Assembly (NCBI GenBank): GCA_043798935.1
Contig: JAZDOC010000002.1
Coordinates: 20,874-84,873, forward strand
From: Patescibacteria group bacterium
GTDB taxonomy: Bacteria > Patescibacteriota > Patescibacteriia > UBA9570 > JAHJKD01
Length of the DNA stretch: 64,000 nt
Reading direction: 5' to 3'
Part shown: positions 59,656-64,000 of the stretch, in pieces
Layout of the letters: each line of letters starts with the position of its first letter
How positions within the stretch are numbered: the first letter of the stretch is position 1
The notes under the pieces: model-generated
Database searches by the model: none
What the model was told of the DNA's origin: nothing
Seen by the model: the letters and a program-made list of their open reading frames with translations, nothing else
Program-made: the position numbers and the translations under genes

Positions 59656-60105
59656 ATGGACTTAAATAAAGTAATGATCATAGGCCGGCTAACACGCGAT
59701 CCTGAAGTTAGGACCATCCCATCAGGGCAATCCGTGGCATCTTTTTCGCTAGCCACCAACCGCTCTTGGAAAGATCAAAGCGGCCAAGTACAAAACAAGG
59801 TTGAATACCACAATATCGTAGCTTGGCGCAAGCTGGCTGAGATTATTCAACAATATGTAAAAAAGGGTAGCCGTTTATATGTTGAGGGCCGTTTAGAAAC
59901 TCGCACTTGGGATGACCAAACCGGTGCTAAAAAGTATCGCACTGAAATCATTGTTGATAACATGATTATGCTTGATAGTAAAGGTTCCACCGGTGGTACA
60001 CCAGCCCCAGCCGCTCCCGCGAGCCCATCTTATAACGCACCGGCACCAGAGCCAAGCGTGAATAATCCCGATGAAGAAATTAGCGTGGAAGACATCCCAT
60101 TTTAA
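59656..60105 (+). CDS. ssb: Single-stranded DNA-binding protein
   Basis: OB fold MDLNKVMIIGRLTRDPEVR…EYHNIVAW…; C-terminal acidic tail ending DIPF. Confidence 0.9.
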   Translation: MDLNKVMIIGRLTRDPEVRTIPSGQSVASFSLATNRSWKDQSGQVQNKVEYHNIVAWRKLAEIIQQYVKKGSRLYVEGRLETRTWDDQTGAKKYRTEIIVDNMIMLDSKGSTGGTPAPAAPASPSYNAPAPEPSVNNPDEEISVEDIPF

Positions 60106-60135
60106 CCTTTTAATAATTGAAAATTGTAATACAAT

Positions 60136-60372
60136 ATGCCAAGAAAAAAAATTAAAAAACGACGAACTAAAGCAGAACAATTTTGCTATTTCTGTGTAAA
60201 CAATATTAAAGATATTGATTACAAACAAACCGATATTATTGCAAAATTCACTTCCAATTATGCCAAAATTTTACCACGAAGCCGCATGGGATCATGTGCT
60301 TCGCATCAAAGAAAATTAACCCAAGCGGTTAAAAGAGCACGCTACATGGCACTTTTACCTTACACCAAATAA
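60136..60372 (+). CDS. rpsR: 30S ribosomal protein S18
   Basis: CYFC…IDYK…LLPYT. 78 aa. Confidence 0.85.
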   Translation: MPRKKIKKRRTKAEQFCYFCVNNIKDIDYKQTDIIAKFTSNYAKILPRSRMGSCASHQRKLTQAVKRARYMALLPYTK

Positions 60373-60394
60373 TCTAGATCGTTTTCAAATATTT

Positions 60395-60425
60395 AAGCGC
60401 GGTTTTATAACTGCGCTTTTTATTT
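60395..60425 (+). terminator. Intrinsic terminator AAGCGCGG-ttttataa-CTGCGCTT plus T-run after rpsR
   Basis: Read directly. Confidence 0.5.
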
Positions 60426-60489
60426 TACTTTCTTTTTATTGAAGCGAGCTTATGGTATAATAAATATTATTAATATTAATTATTTTCTC

Positions 60490-61926
60490 ATGAAACGCAC
60501 AAAAATAATCTGCACCATCGGCCCATCTTCCCAAAGCAAGCCGATTATCTTAAAAATGATTAAAGCCGGCATGGACGTAGCCAGGCTTAATTTTTCTCAT
60601 GGTACCTACCGCCAGCATGCTACCCTTATTAAAAATATCCGCGCCGCCGCCAAACAAGCCGGCCGCAATGTAGCCATTATGCAAGATCTGCAAGGCCCGC
60701 GTATTAGAATTGGTAAAGTCGATACGAACGGCATTGATTTAATACGACGCGACAAAGTGGTTTTAATTCATGAAACAAAAATCACTAAAAAACTTCAAGC
60801 TCAATTCAAAAACGGAAACTATAAAGTATTACCTGTCCAACTAAAAGATTTATATAAATACGCTGTAAGAGGCACTGATGTTTTAATTAACGACGGTCTG
60901 ATTTCTATTAATGTAAAAAAGGTCGCCCAAGATATTATTTATGGTGTTGTAGCCCGCCCCGGAATTGTGTTTAGCCATAAGGGCATTAATTTGCCCGGAG
61001 TTAAAATTGAAACCAAGGCCATTACTGATAAAGACCGCAAAGATTTAGCTTTTGGCTTAAAGCAAAAAATAGATTATGTAGCCTTGTCTTTTGTAAACAG
61101 CACCAAAAATGTTATCGAACTCAAAAAATTATTAGGAGCAAGTTTCCAAGTAGGCATTATTGCTAAAATTGAAACCACTGAAGGCGTAAATAATTTTACA
61201 CAAATTTTAAAATTGGCCGACGGTATTATGGTAGCCCGCGGAGACTTAGGAATTGAAACTCCGCCCGATAAAGTTCCGCTTCTGCAAAAAGATATGATTA
61301 GAGCTTGTTTAAAGGCGGCTAAACCTGTAATAGTCGCCACTCAAATGCTTGATTCAATGATTTTAAATCAGCGACCAACCCGCGCTGAAGTTTCCGATGT
61401 GGCTAATGCCGTAATTGATCATACCGATGCGGTGATGCTTTCCGGTGAAAGCGCTTTTGGAAAGTACCCGGTTGAATCAGTAAAAATTATGGCCGAGATA
61501 ATTAAAGAAACTGAAAAGTCGCCTTACGATAATGTACCTTCTCATTTTTTAACTGCTAGAACAAAAAATATTTCCGAGTCTATTTCCGCTAATGTTTTCG
61601 ACTTGGCTCAAGAGAATAATGTAAAGACGATTATTGTTGATTCTTTATCTGGTTTAACAGCACGCTTAATCAGCCGTTTCCGCCCTGAAGCTAAAATTAT
61701 TGTATTAACCAGCAACCCGGCGACCGTAAATAAAATGGCTTTGATTTGGAGCGCTTATGCCTATTATTTACCGCTTTGTAAAAACTTAGACGACTTATTA
61801 AAAAAATCTGTAAATTTAGTAAAAAAAGAAAAGCTAGTTAAAGCGAGTGACAAAATTATTATCGTTACCGGCCACCCGGTCGGGGAAAGCCATGGAATGA
61901 ATTTAATAAAAATTCAAACCGTCTAA
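60490..61926 (+). CDS. pyk: Pyruvate kinase
   Basis: MKRTKIICTIGPSS…MDVARLNFSHG…MVARGDLGIE. Start at 60490 rather than the track start 60439. Confidence 0.9.
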   Translation: MKRTKIICTIGPSSQSKPIILKMIKAGMDVARLNFSHGTYRQHATLIKNIRAAAKQAGRNVAIMQDLQGPRIRIGKVDTNGIDLIRRDKVVLIHETKITKKLQAQFKNGNYKVLPVQLKDLYKYAVRGTDVLINDGLISINVKKVAQDIIYGVVARPGIVFSHKGINLPGVKIETKAITDKDRKDLAFGLKQKIDYVALSFVNSTKNVIELKKLLGASFQVGIIAKIETTEGVNNFTQILKLADGIMVARGDLGIETPPDKVPLLQKDMIRACLKAAKPVIVATQMLDSMILNQRPTRAEVSDVANAVIDHTDAVMLSGESAFGKYPVESVKIMAEIIKETEKSPYDNVPSHFLTARTKNISESISANVFDLAQENNVKTIIVDSLSGLTARLISRFRPEAKIIVLTSNPATVNKMALIWSAYAYYLPLCKNLDDLLKKSVNLVKKEKLVKASDKIIIVTGHPVGESHGMNLIKIQTV

Positions 61927-61958
61927 TTTTTTAATATTAACTATTAATATTTTTTCTC

Positions 61959-64000
61959 ATGACTAAACAACAAAAAAAGAAAAAATTTATTCTTTGGTTT
62001 AAAGATTTAAACATTCACGATGTAGATGTAGTGGGCGGAAAAAATGCTTCACTGGGCGAAATGTATAACAACCTCACCCAAAAGTGTATTAATGTTCCGA
62101 ACGGTTTCGCCATTACAGCCAATGCCTATCGTTATATGTTGAAAAAAGCTGATATTGAAAATAAAATAAAAAAAATCTTAGCCAATTTAGATACGCACAA
62201 TTTAAAACAGCTAGCTGAAAAAGGATACAGGATACGAGAAATTATTTTAGGCGCAGAAATGCCTAAAGACTTGGAAAACGAAATTATTTCGGCTTACCGC
62301 GAATTATGCAAACAAGCCAAGCGCACTCACTTAGATGTAGCTGTACGTTCTTCAGCCACGGCCGAAGATTTACCCGACGCTTCTTTTGCTGGCCAGCAAG
62401 AAACTTTCTTAAACATCCGCGGAGAGTATGAAGTAATCTTAGCGGCCAAGCGATGTATGGCTTCTTTGTTTACTAATCGGGCTATATCATATCGCCAGGA
62501 TAAAAACTTCGATCATTTCGACATTGCTTTATCAGTTGGCGTGCAACGCATGGTGCGTTCCGACGAAGCCATTAGCGGAGTAATGTTTTCCATCGATACT
62601 GAATCGGGTTTTCAAAATGCAGTTTTAATAAATGGTTCTTACGGGCTAGGCGAAATGGTAGTCCAGGGAAAAGTTGATCCGGATGAATTTTATATTTTTA
62701 AACCCACATTGATGGACGGGGTTAATTTTAAAAATAAAAACACTTGCAACTATTGGTTCAAGTATGCGCCCATTATTGGCAAAACTTTGGGATCGAAAAA
62801 AATTAAAATGATATACTCGCCCGACGGTAACGAAAGCGTACGGGAAGTGCCGGTTCTGCCTGATGATCGCAAAGTGTTTTGTTTGAAAGAAAGAGAAGCG
62901 TTAAACTTGGCTTATTGGGCATGCTTAATTGAAAACCATTATAAAAAGCCCATGGATATCGAATGGGCTAAAGATGGCATCACCGGTGAATTTTATATTG
63001 TGCAAGCCAGGCCAGAAACAGTGCATTCCCAAGACGACAAAAAAATCTTGGAAGAATATAAACTATCGAAAAGAGGCAAAATAATCGCCGAGGGTGTAAG
63101 TGTGGGTTCGCGTATCGGTGTAGGTAAAGCTAACTTCATAAAAAGCGCTTCGGAAATAGGCCGTTTCAAAAAAGGCGATGTACTCGTCACTGAAATAACT
63201 GATCCGGACTGGGAACCGATTATGAAAATCGCTTCCGCTATTGTCACTAATTCTGGTGGACGCACTTCACATGCGGCTATCGTCTCGCGTGAACTTGGCA
63301 TTCCTTGTGTAGTGGGAACGCAAAACGCTACGCAAACTGTTAAGAACGGCCGTGATGTGACTGTGTCGTGTGCCGAAGGCGAGCGTGGCTATGTTTACGA
63401 AGGCGATATCCCATATCATGTAAAACGAACTGATCTGTCTAAGCTTAAAGAACCAAAAACCAAATTAATGCAGATCGTAGCCGATCCTTCCATGGCCTTT
63501 GATTATGCGCAGATTCCCAATCATGGAGTGGGGCTGGCCAGAGAAGAACTTATCATTTTAAACCATATTAAAATCCATCCGTTGGCATTGCTGCATTTTA
63601 ATAAAGTGACGGATCCGGAAACCAGACAACAGATTATAGACATGACTTATGGTTTTAAAAACAAAGAAGAGTTCTTTATTAAAAAATTAGCCGAGGGCAT
63701 CGGCCGCTTAGTAGCCGCCTACTGGCCTAATCCGGTAATTGTAAGAATGAGCGATTTTAAAAGCAACGAATATGCCGGCTTAATTGGTGGAAAATATTTT
63801 GAACCGCACGAAGAAAACCCCATGATTGGTTGGCGCGGTGCCAGCCGATATTACTCGCCACTTTATGAAGAAGCTTTTGCTTTGGAAGTTGAAGCGCTGA
63901 GAATTGTGCGCGAAGATATGGGCTTAAAAAATATGTGGGTAATGGTACCGTTCTGCCGCACGCCCGAAGAAGGCAAAAAAGTGATCAAGCTTTTAGACAA
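61959..64000 (+). CDS. ppsA: Phosphoenolpyruvate synthase; C-terminus lies beyond the window end
   Basis: VGGKNASLGEM, SSATAEDLPDASFAGQQET, phospho-His domain GGRTSHAAIVSRELGIPCVVG. Collinear with E. coli PpsA. No stop in window. Confidence 0.9.
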   Translation, partial: MTKQQKKKKFILWFKDLNIHDVDVVGGKNASLGEMYNNLTQKCINVPNGFAITANAYRYMLKKADIENKIKKILANLDTHNLKQLAEKGYRIREIILGAEMPKDLENEIISAYRELCKQAKRTHLDVAVRSSATAEDLPDASFAGQQETFLNIRGEYEVILAAKRCMASLFTNRAISYRQDKNFDHFDIALSVGVQRMVRSDEAISGVMFSIDTESGFQNAVLINGSYGLGEMVVQGKVDPDEFYIFKPTLMDGVNFKNKNTCNYWFKYAPIIGKTLGSKKIKMIYSPDGNESVREVPVLPDDRKVFCLKEREALNLAYWACLIENHYKKPMDIEWAKDGITGEFYIVQARPETVHSQDDKKILEEYKLSKRGKIIAEGVSVGSRIGVGKANFIKSASEIGRFKKGDVLVTEITDPDWEPIMKIASAIVTNSGGRTSHAAIVSRELGIPCVVGTQNATQTVKNGRDVTVSCAEGERGYVYEGDIPYHVKRTDLSKLKEPKTKLMQIVADPSMAFDYAQIPNHGVGLAREELIILNHIKIHPLALLHFNKVTDPETRQQIIDMTYGFKNKEEFFIKKLAEGIGRLVAAYWPNPVIVRMSDFKSNEYAGLIGGKYFEPHEENPMIGWRGASRYYSPLYEEAFALEVEALRIVREDMGLKNMWVMVPFCRTPEEGKKVIKLLD

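Overview
The window reads as an AT-rich bacterial chromosome segment, about one-third GC as judged by eye. It is densely packed with small housekeeping genes. The gene content and layout suggest a reduced-genome, fermentative organism of the Candidate Phyla Radiation / Patescibacteria kind; this is inference, not a measurement.

Evidence for that guess: a stand-alone 16S rRNA gene with no 23S after it, followed directly by five tRNAs; multiple TrmB-like regulators; tandem GT-C glycosyltransferases; a membrane H+-pyrophosphatase; ornithine carbamoyltransferase with carbamate kinase; pyruvate kinase with PEP synthase.

Well-supported housekeeping genes are tsaD, valS, pilB-like ATPase, nrnA-like DHH (two copies), trmD, 16S rRNA, nine tRNAs (Ile, Phe, Pro, Gly-TCC, Cys, Gly-GCC, Leu, Ala, plus an Arg-CCT-like copy that is probably degenerate), suhB-like, nfo, tig, hppA, nusA, argF/arcB, arcC, yraN, gdhA, an aminotransferase, trxB, trxA, corC, yggS, a bactofilin, infB, rbfA, clpP, rny, ymdB, hup, rpsF-ssb-rpsR, pyk and ppsA (runs off the 3' edge). 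A TPP riboswitch with a terminator expression platform sits in front of a thiamine salvage operon (thiamine pyrophosphokinase plus ThiBPQ transporter).

Regions worth a second look:
- An accessory block at about 36.3-44.5 kb that ends at tRNA-Ala. It is marked by 107-bp tandem repeats, each beginning with a copy of the tRNA 3' end. It holds genes of higher GC than their surroundings, three divergently arranged TrmB-like regulator paralogs, and a 534-aa protein with roughly 45 cysteines and internally duplicated zinc-ribbon-like modules.
- A second block of unknown, higher-GC genes between tRNA-Gly and tRNA-Leu (16.3-19.5 kb).
- A family of GC-rich palindromes (AGAGACGCGCC-ATGG-CGCGTCTCT) used as intergenic terminators, with one copy inside a coding sequence.
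- A consensus promoter followed by an intrinsic terminator in the nusA leader.
- A ~575-bp non-coding stretch upstream of nusA that carries a candidate small RNA with its own terminator.
- A conserved palindromic motif upstream of both trmD and one TrmB-like gene.

No CRISPR array, cas gene, integrase or transposase was seen.
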